Source of the DNA: Nitrospinales bacterium
GTDB lineage: Bacteria; Nitrospinota; Nitrospinia; Nitrospinales; JAJDAT01
NCBI GenBank assembly: GCA_046757665.1
Contig: JBHHYO010000022.1
Span: 1 to 34,437 of the forward strand
Direction of reading: 5' to 3'
DNA: 34,437 nucleotides
Shown here: positions 1 to 9,034 of the stretch, in pieces
How the letters are laid out: each line of letters begins with the position of its first letter
Numbering within the stretch: position 1 is the stretch's first letter
The notes under the pieces: model-generated
Told to the model about the DNA's origin: nothing
The model's input: the letters and a program-made list of their open reading frames with translations, nothing else
Databases searched by the model: none
Program-made: the position numbers and the translations under genes

Positions 1-79
1 ACGCCGTTCATGAAGCCGTTCGGGGTTCCGGTTGGTTGATTGGTTGATCAAAATCTCAAATGAACACAGGGAGATTTCC

Positions 80-280
80 ATGAAAATACACGTTTCGCTG
101 GAACAAGATGAAGCAGGTTATTTTGTCGCGGAAGTGCCGGCTCTGCCCGGTTGTTTTTCCCAGGGAAAAACCAGGGAGGAAGCCCTGAACAACGTTCGGG
201 AAGCCATCGAGGGATGGCTTGAGGTAATGGAAGCCAAGCAACCGCTGGATCGAAGCCGGTTGATCGAGGTCTCCCTCTGA
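80..280 (+). CDS. hicB: HicB-family antitoxin (short form, no evident C-terminal DNA-binding domain)
   Basis: LEQDEAGYFVAEVPALPGCFSQGKTREEALNNVREAI is the HicB partial RNase H-fold signature; GGGAG SD precedes ATG at 80, so the ORF-track start at 32 was not used. Confidence 0.9.
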   Translation: MKIHVSLEQDEAGYFVAEVPALPGCFSQGKTREEALNNVREAIEGWLEVMEAKQPLDRSRLIEVSL

Positions 281-501
281 TGGGGGAAAAAATCGGGATT
301 TATTCCGGCAAGGAGGTGGTTGCAAGGATGAAACGCGCCGGATGGACGGTTGACCGTCAAAAAGGCTCCCATGTCATGATGGTCAAACCCGATTACGTTT
401 ACACCCTTTCCATCCCTCAACACAAGGAACTGGGACCTGGAATACTGAGAAAAATTTTAAGGCAAGCCAGTATTTCCATTCAAGAATTTAAAAGCCTGTG
501 A
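280..501 (+). CDS. hicA: HicA-family mRNA interferase toxin
   Basis: SGKEVV..M..AGW...RQKGSHVMM....IPQHKELGPGILRKILRQA matches HicA (GSH catalytic His); TGATG stop/start overlap with hicB. Confidence 0.9.
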   Translation: MGEKIGIYSGKEVVARMKRAGWTVDRQKGSHVMMVKPDYVYTLSIPQHKELGPGILRKILRQASISIQEFKSL

Positions 502-664
502 ACCTCGAAAAGTCCGAGCCTTGAAAAACTTGGGCCGGAAAGGCGAGCAAACCGAAATTAAAAGCCGCGACGCATGTTGGAGGGGTCGTGGAGGGGGTGG
601 GGTCTCCACTTGACTACAAGTTGGTGTCGTCGGAAAATCCGCCACGACCGCGAAGGCGTCCTCC

Positions 665-744
665 CTCGTTTCCACGCTCCGCGTGGGAACGGAGCCTTGC
701 GCCGCTCCGCGGCGTGTTGCTTGACGCGGGAGCGTGGGAACCAG
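665..744. repeat. REP/REPIN-like palindromic element
   Basis: CTCGTTTCCACGCTCCGCGT (665-684) is a near-perfect inverted repeat of ACGCGGGAGCGTGGGAACCAG (724-744); the left unit also folds alone (CGTTTCCACGC..GCGTGGGAACG). Lies between convergent genes. Confidence 0.65.
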
Positions 745-757
745 AAGGGAGCGGAAT

Positions 758-2629
758 TCACCCGCCTCTTTTTTTCAGCATGAACACGGTCAGGTCGGGA
801 TTGATCGCATTGTCCGGGCACATCTTCAAGTGTTGCCGGAAGAACGGCATGTCCACGACGGCATCGCTCTGCTCGCGGTCCAGCGCGAAATAGTCGAAGA
901 GTCCACTGATGGGTTTCGGCCCGGCGAGGAACAGGATTCCGCCCGGCTCCAGGGCGTTGGCGGCGGCACCCAGCATTTCCTGGCAGTTCAGCCGGTCCTG
1001 GTAAAACAGGAAGGGAATCCATTTGAAGATCATGCCGTACTTTTGCCGGTACGCCCATTCCACATGGTCTTGTTCCGCCAGGAAAGAGACGTCGCCCAGC
1101 GCATCCAGCTGGTTGCGCGCTGCGGCGTGGTTCCAGAGAAGCTGGGCGTTTTTTTGCGCGAACTCCGGGTCGCTGAACAAGACCGTGTAGCGCCGCTCGC
1201 GGGTGCAGTCGATACAGCCGGCAATCGCCGCGTCGAAAGTATGTATCAGCACGCGGTCTATCCGCGCCAGTTGGTCCGGCATCCCCTCGTCTTTTTCCAT
1301 GTAATAAAAAATCTGATCCAGCGCCAGGGGTTGCAGGGAGGCTTCCTCGATTTCCGCGTTGCCCTCCGGGTAGAACGGCACGGTGAACAGGGTTTTTAAC
1401 GGGTCCACCGGCGGTGGCGCATCGTTGAAAAACTTTTTCCAGGTGAACGGGTAAGAGGGCGGCGGCGTGTCCGGCCCGGCGTCCGGCTCGATTCGCCACT
1501 CCGGGTCCAGGGGAATGTTTCGCCCGGCGTCGGCGTTGTCGATTAGCACGATGCGGTTGTCCTCCACCCGCAAGCGGCGGTTGCAGGAGGGCCGGGCGCC
1601 GCGCGCGGGGTTGACGAAGGGGATGGCCGCCGGGTCGTCCCAGGCGGTGACTTTGTAAAGGAGCCGCTCCTGGACGGTCAAGCAGACGGAATGCTCCTCG
1701 CTGAAATAGCGCCAGGGCGGCTGGGGTTTCGGTGCCCAGGTGATTTCGTGCGATCTGCTCGTGTCCATGAACACATCGAGGATATCCTCGCCCGGCGGTC
1801 CGGTCGGCGTGAAAAACGCCGAGAAGATTTGAAACGCTTCCCGCGAGGGATAAGTGGGAAGCCCGCGGTAACGCAAGGGGGGCAGGGCGGTTGCGCGGCT
1901 TTGGTCGTCGTACAGCCCCCAGATCAACTCGAAGGCCGCGCCGCCGGTCCCCGGCAGGGTGGACTGAAACAGTTCCACCACCGGAATCAGGTCGATGCTC
2001 GCCCAGTCGGCGGCAAACATGAAGCTGACGAACAGGGTCTTGTCGAACGTGCCGTCGAGCAGGACGTAAAGAGCGTCCTTGGCGATTTCGACATGGTACT
2101 TGCCGTCTCCCAGAGCATGGAAACAGTCGTCCCGGTAAAAATATTCCACCTCGGCGAGCGGCGCGTTCCAGGCCTGGGCGGCGCCTTGCCGCAGGTCGTC
2201 GAGCGTCATGGTCTCCCATCCCGGCCGGCCCTTGATGTCGATGTCGATGGAGAACTTTTTCGCCCGGGGTTTGATGCCCACCCACTGCCGGCAGTCCAGT
2301 TGCATTCGGGCGCGGGCCAGCCGGGTTTGCCCCGTTATGGCGTTGTCGGCCCATTCGCATTCGTGCAGGGGCTGGCCCCGCGGGTCGGTCAAAAGAATCC
2401 GCCGGCCTTCCCGGTTGTAAAACACGACGTGGCCGGTCGGATAAACCTTGATCCTCGTGTTGGCCGGCCGGGGCTCGCCGTTCAGGAACCAGAGCGTGCA
2501 ACCGTTGCTTTCTTCCCGTTCGAGCCGCGGCGCGTCCTCGCCGATGCGTGAAACCTCCCGGGCGTTGCCGGGGAAGCGGATGCTTCCCGGACGGGTCAGG
2601 AACGAAACCAGTTTGTCTGCATCCGGCAT
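758..2629 (-). CDS. Uncharacterised 623-aa protein; C-terminus weakly resembles a class I SAM-methyltransferase fold
   Basis: Long ORF with natural amino-acid composition; C-terminal YGMIF...AANALEPGGILFLAG resembles the post-motif II/III region of methyltransferases, but there is no GxGxG motif I. Confidence 0.75.
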   Translation of the reverse strand: MPDADKLVSFLTRPGSIRFPGNAREVSRIGEDAPRLEREESNGCTLWFLNGEPRPANTRIKVYPTGHVVFYNREGRRILLTDPRGQPLHECEWADNAITGQTRLARARMQLDCRQWVGIKPRAKKFSIDIDIKGRPGWETMTLDDLRQGAAQAWNAPLAEVEYFYRDDCFHALGDGKYHVEIAKDALYVLLDGTFDKTLFVSFMFAADWASIDLIPVVELFQSTLPGTGGAAFELIWGLYDDQSRATALPPLRYRGLPTYPSREAFQIFSAFFTPTGPPGEDILDVFMDTSRSHEITWAPKPQPPWRYFSEEHSVCLTVQERLLYKVTAWDDPAAIPFVNPARGARPSCNRRLRVEDNRIVLIDNADAGRNIPLDPEWRIEPDAGPDTPPPSYPFTWKKFFNDAPPPVDPLKTLFTVPFYPEGNAEIEEASLQPLALDQIFYYMEKDEGMPDQLARIDRVLIHTFDAAIAGCIDCTRERRYTVLFSDPEFAQKNAQLLWNHAAARNQLDALGDVSFLAEQDHVEWAYRQKYGMIFKWIPFLFYQDRLNCQEMLGAAANALEPGGILFLAGPKPISGLFDYFALDREQSDAVVDMPFFRQHLKMCPDNAINPDLTVFMLKKRGG

Positions 2630-2651
2630 GGCGGGAACCTTAATTAGCGCG

Positions 2652-2680
2652 TTGACACGGTGTTGCGGCGTTAATATAAT
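2652..2680 (+). promoter_or_regulatory. Sigma70 promoter of the TPR gene
   Basis: Exact TTGACA (2652-2657)-N17-TATAAT (2675-2680), 40 nt upstream of ATG 2721. Confidence 0.75.
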
Positions 2681-2720
2681 CGGTTACACAACTCCTTGAC
2701 AACCTAAAAGGCATTTTCCA

Positions 2721-5318
2721 ATGAACGAAGGCAGAAAATACGAGCAACTGGCCTTTGCCAGCTTGAAGAACAATAACCGCGACGAAGCCGAGGCGCATTT
2801 CCTGGAAGCCCTGAAGCACCTGGAAATCAGCGGCGATGAAACCGGGCAGGCGTATTTGCTCGGCAACCTGGGCAACTTCTATTTTCAAGGCAAATGCTGG
2901 GACGCGGCTCAGGATTATTATCACAAGGCCCTGCTGAAAATGGAAAAAGCGCGGGACCTGCGCGGCGTCGAGAATACCCTGGGCAATCTCGGCCACCTTT
3001 ATTTTTACAAAGGCAACCTGGACGCCGCGGAAAAAAATTACCGCAAGGCGCTCGAGTCCACGCAACAAACAAACAACCCCGAGGGGCAGGCCATGTACAA
3101 CGAATGCCTGGGAAACGTGGCCATGAAACAAATGCGGCTGGATGCCGCCGAACAATATTATGCCACCGCCAAAACCATCACCCCCGATGCGAATAAAGAA
3201 AAACTGCGACAGATCGATGAGAAAATCCAGTCGATAAAAAGTCATCCCCGGTATATCGAGAAAAAAGAGCAGGCCATCCTCGCGGAAATCCGGACGCTTG
3301 AAAAGGCAAACCGCAAATCCTCGCTACTGACGAAATACCAGGAACTGGAAGAACTTTATTTTGAAGGCGCCCAGATGGACCGGGCCGCCGGCGTCATCGA
3401 AAAATCCATCGCCATTTATGAAGAGATGGGCAACGGCCATTCCGTCGGCATTCTGTGCGGCAACCTGGCGGGCGTCTTGACGCGGCTGGCCACGACGGGG
3501 AAACCCGAACTTCTGGGCAAGGCCGAGGAAAATTTCCGCAAGGCCCTGGACTATCTGGAGCAAGCCAACGACAAGCCCCGGCGCTCCTATCTGCTGGGGA
3601 GCCTGGGCAATGTTTACTTGATTCAGAGGCAACCGGACAAGGCGGTGGAATTGTTTACCCAGTCCGCGCAGATCATGGCGGAGCTGGGCGACCGGCTTGG
3701 CGAGGCGCGCGGCTACGCGAACCTTGGCAATGCGCTGGTTCTGAAAAAGGATTGGTCGGCTTCCCTCGAGCAGTTCCGCAAGGCCCTGGGCCTCATGGAA
3801 CAGTTGGATAACCGGCAGGGCATGGCTCAGCAAAACGAAGCGATCGGCGATGTTTTGCTTAAAATGGAAAATCCCGAACAAGCCGAGGAGGCGTACAACC
3901 GGGCCCAGGCGTTGCTCGAAGCCATGCGGGACTCCCAGGGCGTCCGCCGGGTGCAGGACAAGCTGGTGGCCGTCATCAGCCATCCCAAGCACCTGGAGCG
4001 AAGGCAGAAGGAACTGCGGCAGGAATTGAACCGGCCGGAGATCGAAAAAGACACCGCCAAAAAGACCCGCTTTCTGGGTGAATTGGGGAATGTGCTTTTT
4101 CTCGCCGGCGACTTCGACCGGGCGCGGGAGGTCCTCCTGGAGACGCTTTCCATGCAGGAAAAGCGCCAGGACAAGGCGGGGATGAGCGCGACCCTGGGCA
4201 ACCTGGGAAGCATCGCCATGGAGAAGCAGGACCTTTCGGGAGCCGATGAGTATTATGCCCGCGCCATCCAGCTCAAGGAGCAGTTGAAGGATGACCGGGG
4301 AGTGGTGGAATTATGCGGTAGCCGGAGTAACATTCTGCTGATGCTCGGTAAAATGGAGCTGGCTGAGAAAGTGATCAAAAAATCCCTGCGCATCAACGAA
4401 GCAAGCGGCAACAAACGAGGGTTGGCCGGCGATTACAGAAGCCTCGGCAACCTGCATCTGCAAAAGACCGGCTGGGCCATGGCCCGGAAGTATTATTCGC
4501 AAGCCCGCGACCTCAACGCCGAAATCGGCGACAAGCGCGAACAGTCGGAAGATTACCGCAACCTTTTCAATTTGTGCCTGCAAAAGGAAGACTGGAGCGA
4601 GGCGGAAAAATTCGGTTTGAAAGCTTTGGCTATTTCCGAGGAGATCCGCGATTTGCGAAACGCCTGCTACGACTGCCGGGGCCTGGCAAATGTTTATGCG
4701 GAAAGAAAAGAGCGGGACCGGGTGGAAGTGTTTTTCCGCAAGGCCCTGGAAAAGTCCAGGGAACTCAACGACCCCAGCGAAATCTGCGCGGATTACAGAA
4801 ACCTCGGCCAGGTGTTCATGGAAAGAGGGTATCGGGAAAAGTCGGAGAAAAATTTCCGTGCCGCCCTGGAACTGGCCCGGCAACAGGAGGACAAGAAGGA
4901 GATCGCCGAATGTTGCCGCAGTCTCGGAAATTTGAATTTCCGCAATGGGGACCGCGACGCGGCGGAGACCTTGTACATGGAGGCTCTCAAGATGGCCGAA
5001 GCGGCAGGGGACCAGGCGGGGTCCGCGAGAGATTACGCTTTTCTCGGCAACCTGAAGTTCAAGAGCGGCAATTATGATGCGGCTGAAACCTGTTTCAATC
5101 AGGCGGCGCAGTGTTTTGAAAGCTTGAACAACCTGATCGGCCTGGTTCAATTATACATTACCGTGGCCCGCCTGAACCTTATCAATTCCCGCAAAGAGAT
5201 TTGCCAGAAATATATTGACCGGGCTTCCGAGGTGGCGAAAAAACTGGGAAGCCCCGAGCATCTGGAAAAGACCATCAAGGACCTCGAAAAAATGTTGGAG
5301 GCCATTGACAAAATATAG
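2721..5318 (+). CDS. Tetratricopeptide-repeat protein (865 aa, TPR_12-like repeats throughout)
   Basis: Repeated ~40-aa units with LGNLG/YRNLG...A...Y..AL; no enzymatic domain recognised. Confidence 0.9.
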   Translation: MNEGRKYEQLAFASLKNNNRDEAEAHFLEALKHLEISGDETGQAYLLGNLGNFYFQGKCWDAAQDYYHKALLKMEKARDLRGVENTLGNLGHLYFYKGNLDAAEKNYRKALESTQQTNNPEGQAMYNECLGNVAMKQMRLDAAEQYYATAKTITPDANKEKLRQIDEKIQSIKSHPRYIEKKEQAILAEIRTLEKANRKSSLLTKYQELEELYFEGAQMDRAAGVIEKSIAIYEEMGNGHSVGILCGNLAGVLTRLATTGKPELLGKAEENFRKALDYLEQANDKPRRSYLLGSLGNVYLIQRQPDKAVELFTQSAQIMAELGDRLGEARGYANLGNALVLKKDWSASLEQFRKALGLMEQLDNRQGMAQQNEAIGDVLLKMENPEQAEEAYNRAQALLEAMRDSQGVRRVQDKLVAVISHPKHLERRQKELRQELNRPEIEKDTAKKTRFLGELGNVLFLAGDFDRAREVLLETLSMQEKRQDKAGMSATLGNLGSIAMEKQDLSGADEYYARAIQLKEQLKDDRGVVELCGSRSNILLMLGKMELAEKVIKKSLRINEASGNKRGLAGDYRSLGNLHLQKTGWAMARKYYSQARDLNAEIGDKREQSEDYRNLFNLCLQKEDWSEAEKFGLKALAISEEIRDLRNACYDCRGLANVYAERKERDRVEVFFRKALEKSRELNDPSEICADYRNLGQVFMERGYREKSEKNFRAALELARQQEDKKEIAECCRSLGNLNFRNGDRDAAETLYMEALKMAEAAGDQAGSARDYAFLGNLKFKSGNYDAAETCFNQAAQCFESLNNLIGLVQLYITVARLNLINSRKEICQKYIDRASEVAKKLGSPEHLEKTIKDLEKMLEAIDKI

Positions 5319-5322
5319 CGGG

Positions 5323-5367
5323 CGCTGAGCCCTTCGGCGGGCTCAGGACAGGTTCTGTCGAAGGGCG
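5323..5367. repeat. Small palindromic extragenic repeat (CCCTTCG...CTCAGGACAGG...GTCGAAGGG type)
   Basis: GCCCTTCGGCGG...CTGTCGAAGGGC and CTGAGCCC...GGGCTCAG alternative inverted repeats; shares the TGAGC..G.CGAA core with 34235-34263. Confidence 0.55.
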
Positions 5368-5401
5368 GCAAGCTTTTTTAGTATAGGTGTTCTTGTTGAT
5401 C

Positions 5402-5479
5402 GTCATTGCGAGAAGGCAAAGCCGACGAAGCAATCCGGAAGGCTGGATCGCCACGCCGCCGGTGGCGGCTCGCGATGAC
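5402..5479. repeat. GTCATTGCGAG...CTCGC(A/G)ATGAC-type palindromic extragenic repeat
   Basis: Terminal inverted repeats GTCATTGCGAG (5402-5412) / CTCGCGATGAC (5469-5479) with internal CGAAGCAATCC...GGATCGCCACG; it explains the spurious N-terminal extension of the kinase ORF. Confidence 0.7.
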
Positions 5480-5548
5480 ATCGAGAACAAATCCTCATTA
5501 AATCGATTTTTCAGCAACCTGTTGAAACCCGGTCGGCGGGCAATCAAT

Positions 5549-7549
5549 ATGTTTAAACTTTCCAAAAAGCCCATGGTCAACCGAACGCGGTACCTGGTGA
5601 TCGTCTCCCTGCTGGCGATGGTTTTTTTGCTGATCGACGTTCTCTTGCCCAAGGGCGTTGCCGGTGGCGAGTTGTATGTCGTCCTGGTGTTGATCGGTTT
5701 GTTGTCCCGCGAGAAAACGCTGATCATCTGGGCCGCCGTGGTTGGAATGGTTCTGACGCTGGTCGGCCTGTTCTTCTCCCTTCCGGTGGAAACCCTCTGG
5801 ACGCTTGTGGTCAACCGTCTTCTGGCCATTCTCATGATCGCCTTGACGGCCATGCTCTGTCTGTTGCAACACCGGTCGTCGCAAAAGTTGTTTGAAGCGC
5901 GGGACAAGTTGGCGGCGGGGCTTCGGGAGCATTCCAACCGCTTGAAAGAAGCCAACGAGATGATCCACCAGGAAAGCGCCATCATTCAACTGCAAAAAGA
6001 CATTGCCGTGTCCTCCAACCAGAACAGGCCGTTTGAGGAGGCCATGCGTTACAGCCTGAGGCGGGTTTGCAAGGAAACCGGCTGGCCGGTGGGGCACATG
6101 TATTTTACCGCCGAGAAGCCGAAGAAAGTTCTGCTCCCCTCGCGAATCTGGTATTTTGAAGACAGCAAGCGATTCGAAAATTTCCGCAAGATCACCGAAG
6201 TCACTTCCTTCCCTCCGGGAGTCGGTTTGCCGGGGCGGGTTCTGGCCAGCGGGAAACCCGCGTGGATCAAGGACGTCACCCAGGACTTGAATTTTCCCCG
6301 CGCCCAGTTGATGCAAAATATCGAAGTCCGCGGAGGTTTTGCGTTTCCCGTTCTGGTGGGTGACGATGTGGGGGGAGTCATGGAGTTTTTCTCTTCCCGC
6401 GTTGAGGAGCCCAACAGCGATCTGCTGGAACTCATGGTCCACATCGGAACGCAATTGGGGCGGGTGGTCGAACGCAAGCGGTCGGAGGATGAACAAAATG
6501 CGCTCTTGCGCAAACTGGAGCAACGGGTCAAGGAGCTGACCAGCTTGTATGAGGTCGCGGGCGCGGTGCGCCGGATTGAAAAACGGGCGGACCTGTTTAA
6601 CGGCATTGCCTCGTTTATTGTTTCGGCCTGGCAGTACCCGGAAATCGCCCGCGTCAGGGTTTTCTTTGACGGCAAGGAATATGTTCCGATCCCTTTTGAA
6701 AAAACGCCCTGGAAGCAATCCAGCGACATTATCATCGAAGGCAAGGTCTTTGGCAGTCTCGAAGTCTATTATCTTGAAGACCGCACCGAGTCGGATGAGA
6801 GCCCGTTCCTGAAAGAGGAAAGAAAACTGCTGGATGAATTGGCGCATTTGCTGGGCGAGGCTTTCGAGCGCAAATGGGTGCACAAGGAAATCGCCCATTC
6901 GCAAAAACAGTTGCGCCAGCTTTCCCGGCATATTGAATTGGTGAGGGAAGAGGAAAGAACGCGGATTGCCCGGGAAGTCCACGATGAACTGGGCCAGGTC
7001 TTGACCGCCCTGAAACTGGAGTTGTCACTGCTGTCCAAAAAACTTTCCCGGAGTTCCAATGGATTCCAGTCGGCAACCCGGCGGATGTTGCAATTGGTGG
7101 ATCAAACGATACAGGCGGTGAAACGGATTTCCTCGGATTTGCGCCCGCCCATACTGGATGTCTTCGGCCTTGCGGAAGCCATCGAATGGCAGGGCAAGGA
7201 GTTTCAGGCCCGCACGGGAATCCGGTTTGAAATCGAGGCCCGACCCAAAAAAATCCGCTTGGACCAGAGCCGCTCCACAACCGTGTTCCGTATTTTCCAG
7301 GAAATCCTGACCAATGTGGCGCGCCATGCCAACGCAAAGAAAATTTCTGTTAATTTGACCGACAAAAATGATATTCTCACCCTTGAAGTCAGGGACGATG
7401 GAATAGGAATCACCAAACAACAAATTGCCGACCTGAAATCATTGGGTATCCTGGGAATGCGTGAACGGGCTCTGGCTTGGGGGGGAACCCTTGATCTCCG
7501 GGGTGCTCCGAATCAAGGAACCGTAGTTACCATGGGAATTCGGCACTAA
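5549..7549 (+). CDS. Membrane-bound GAF-domain sensor histidine kinase, HisKA_3 (NarX/UhpB-like) class
   Basis: N-terminal hydrophobic helices; GAF (GVGLPGRVLASGKPAWI...FAFPV); EERTRIAREVHDELGQ H-box; FQEILTNVARHA, DDGIG, SLGILGMRERA ATPase boxes. Start is 5549 or 5573, uncertain. Confidence 0.9.
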   Translation: MFKLSKKPMVNRTRYLVIVSLLAMVFLLIDVLLPKGVAGGELYVVLVLIGLLSREKTLIIWAAVVGMVLTLVGLFFSLPVETLWTLVVNRLLAILMIALTAMLCLLQHRSSQKLFEARDKLAAGLREHSNRLKEANEMIHQESAIIQLQKDIAVSSNQNRPFEEAMRYSLRRVCKETGWPVGHMYFTAEKPKKVLLPSRIWYFEDSKRFENFRKITEVTSFPPGVGLPGRVLASGKPAWIKDVTQDLNFPRAQLMQNIEVRGGFAFPVLVGDDVGGVMEFFSSRVEEPNSDLLELMVHIGTQLGRVVERKRSEDEQNALLRKLEQRVKELTSLYEVAGAVRRIEKRADLFNGIASFIVSAWQYPEIARVRVFFDGKEYVPIPFEKTPWKQSSDIIIEGKVFGSLEVYYLEDRTESDESPFLKEERKLLDELAHLLGEAFERKWVHKEIAHSQKQLRQLSRHIELVREEERTRIAREVHDELGQVLTALKLELSLLSKKLSRSSNGFQSATRRMLQLVDQTIQAVKRISSDLRPPILDVFGLAEAIEWQGKEFQARTGIRFEIEARPKKIRLDQSRSTTVFRIFQEILTNVARHANAKKISVNLTDKNDILTLEVRDDGIGITKQQIADLKSLGILGMRERALAWGGTLDLRGAPNQGTVVTMGIRH

Positions 7550-7564
7550 CCTACAGGTGTGATT

Positions 7565-8209
7565 ATGAAGCGCAAAGATAAAATCCGGCTACTGATCGCC
7601 GATGATCATCCTATCTTTCGGCAGGGATTGAAACATGCTTTTTTGGAGTATCCCGATATCGAGGTGATGGGTGAGGTGTCCAACGGATTCGAGTTGCTGG
7701 AAAAAATCCGGCAAGACGACTTTGATGTGGTTCTGCTGGACATCTCCATGGGCGATCAGAACAGTCTGGACACCTTGAAGCAATTAAAAATCGAGCGGCC
7801 GAAACTTGCGGTGCTGGTTTTGAGCGTGTATCCCGAAGACAGTTTTGCGGTCCGTTTCATGAAATCGGGAGCCTCCGGTTATTTGACCAAGGAAGAGGCC
7901 GCCGACCGGCTGATCGAGGCGGTTCGTAAAGTGGCCCGCGGAGGACGATATACCAGCCCCGCCCTCACGGAAAAACTGGCTTTTGATTTTGCCGATCAGG
8001 ACAAGCCGCCGCACCATTACCTCTCCGACCGGGAATATGAAGTGTTTTGCATGATCGTTGCCGGAAAATCCCTGACGGAAATTGCCAGGGAATTGTCCTT
8101 GAGCGTAAAAACTATCGGGACGCACCGGTCGCATATCCTGGCCAAAATGAACATGAAAAATAATGCCCGGTTGATTCAATACGCCATTCACAACAAGCTG
8201 GTGCTCTGA
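7565..8209 (+). CDS. NarL/LuxR-family response regulator
   Basis: IADDHPIFR, VVLLDISM phospho-Asp, GASGYLTK, LSDRE.EV...LSLSVKTIGTHR..I..K LuxR HTH; directly follows the kinase. Confidence 0.93.
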   Translation: MKRKDKIRLLIADDHPIFRQGLKHAFLEYPDIEVMGEVSNGFELLEKIRQDDFDVVLLDISMGDQNSLDTLKQLKIERPKLAVLVLSVYPEDSFAVRFMKSGASGYLTKEEAADRLIEAVRKVARGGRYTSPALTEKLAFDFADQDKPPHHYLSDREYEVFCMIVAGKSLTEIARELSLSVKTIGTHRSHILAKMNMKNNARLIQYAIHNKLVL

Positions 8210-9006
8210 TTGCCACCGGGGTTTTTTCCCGGAGGCTTCGTTCCCGGCTTGCCTGCCTTTTCCGCATACCAGACTGTAAAATAACGGGTTGAAACGACAC
8301 GGCTACAGAGTATTCGGCGGGGTTGTTTGACCATAAAACCCACCCGCCATTTCTTAATAGGAAAAATCTTATCATGTCTAGGAATAACGCTTGCCCGAGA
8401 AAAAGGGTTTCTCTGATATTACGCAACGCGCAAATAACTTAAAATCCTTCTGCACGCGGATTCCTGCTTTCTTTTGAAAAGTGAAAAAGAGAAAGTGCCG
8501 GTTGCGCAAGATTCGTGAAATGCTGGTTTCACGATAAACCCGCGGGAAGAAAAAACGCGAGCGCAATTCGGGGAAAGCCCCGCTACGGGCGGCGCGAATC
8601 GACTGCCAGGCCGGACGAAAACCTTCACGAAGTTAGCGCCGTGACGACGCGGCCCGGAGATTGTTGAAAGAATTTAAGCGGAACTGTGAGCAATCATGTA
8701 TTTTTTGTCCGACCGAGGCTTATTTTTCAGCCGCCAAAATGGTGTGGCGGGGGGCAATACCTTGCGAAACTTTCGGAAAATGAGGGGATTTGCGGAAAAG
8801 CCCGCAGGGCAAAATGGAGCGTTTTCCGTATCCAGGCTCGTTGGCTTGCATAACCCCATAAAAAACAACGTGGTATTTTCGCCGGAATTTTTGCCGGTTG
8901 GGAGTGGGTTGAGCGGCTTGCCGGCGCTTGGGAAAAGCCTGGGCGAATAAGAATTTTCTTACTGTTTTCCAAGGTTTATCAAGGGTTATAAAGATGATTT
9001 GCCCCC

Positions 9007-9034
9007 TTGACATAGAGACTGGCTGTTATATAAT
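9007..9034 (+). promoter_or_regulatory. Strong sigma70 promoter heading the nxr gene cluster
   Basis: Exact TTGACA (9007-9012)-N16-TATAAT (9029-9034) with AT-rich upstream DNA; about 160 nt before ATG 9198. Confidence 0.7.

Noticed and set aside
503-560. GAAAAGTCCGAGC and GAGCAAACC words resembling RNase P RNA or a c-di-GMP riboswitch
   Set aside because: Other universally conserved segments and the expected length/structure are missing.
558-2501. 647-aa minus-strand ORF overlapping the 623-aa gene in another frame
   Set aside because: R/P/G/A-rich composition typical of a GC-rich shadow frame; no motifs.
5387-5548. N-terminal extension of the histidine kinase ORF
   Set aside because: Translates a palindromic extragenic repeat; the real start is more likely 5549 or 5573.
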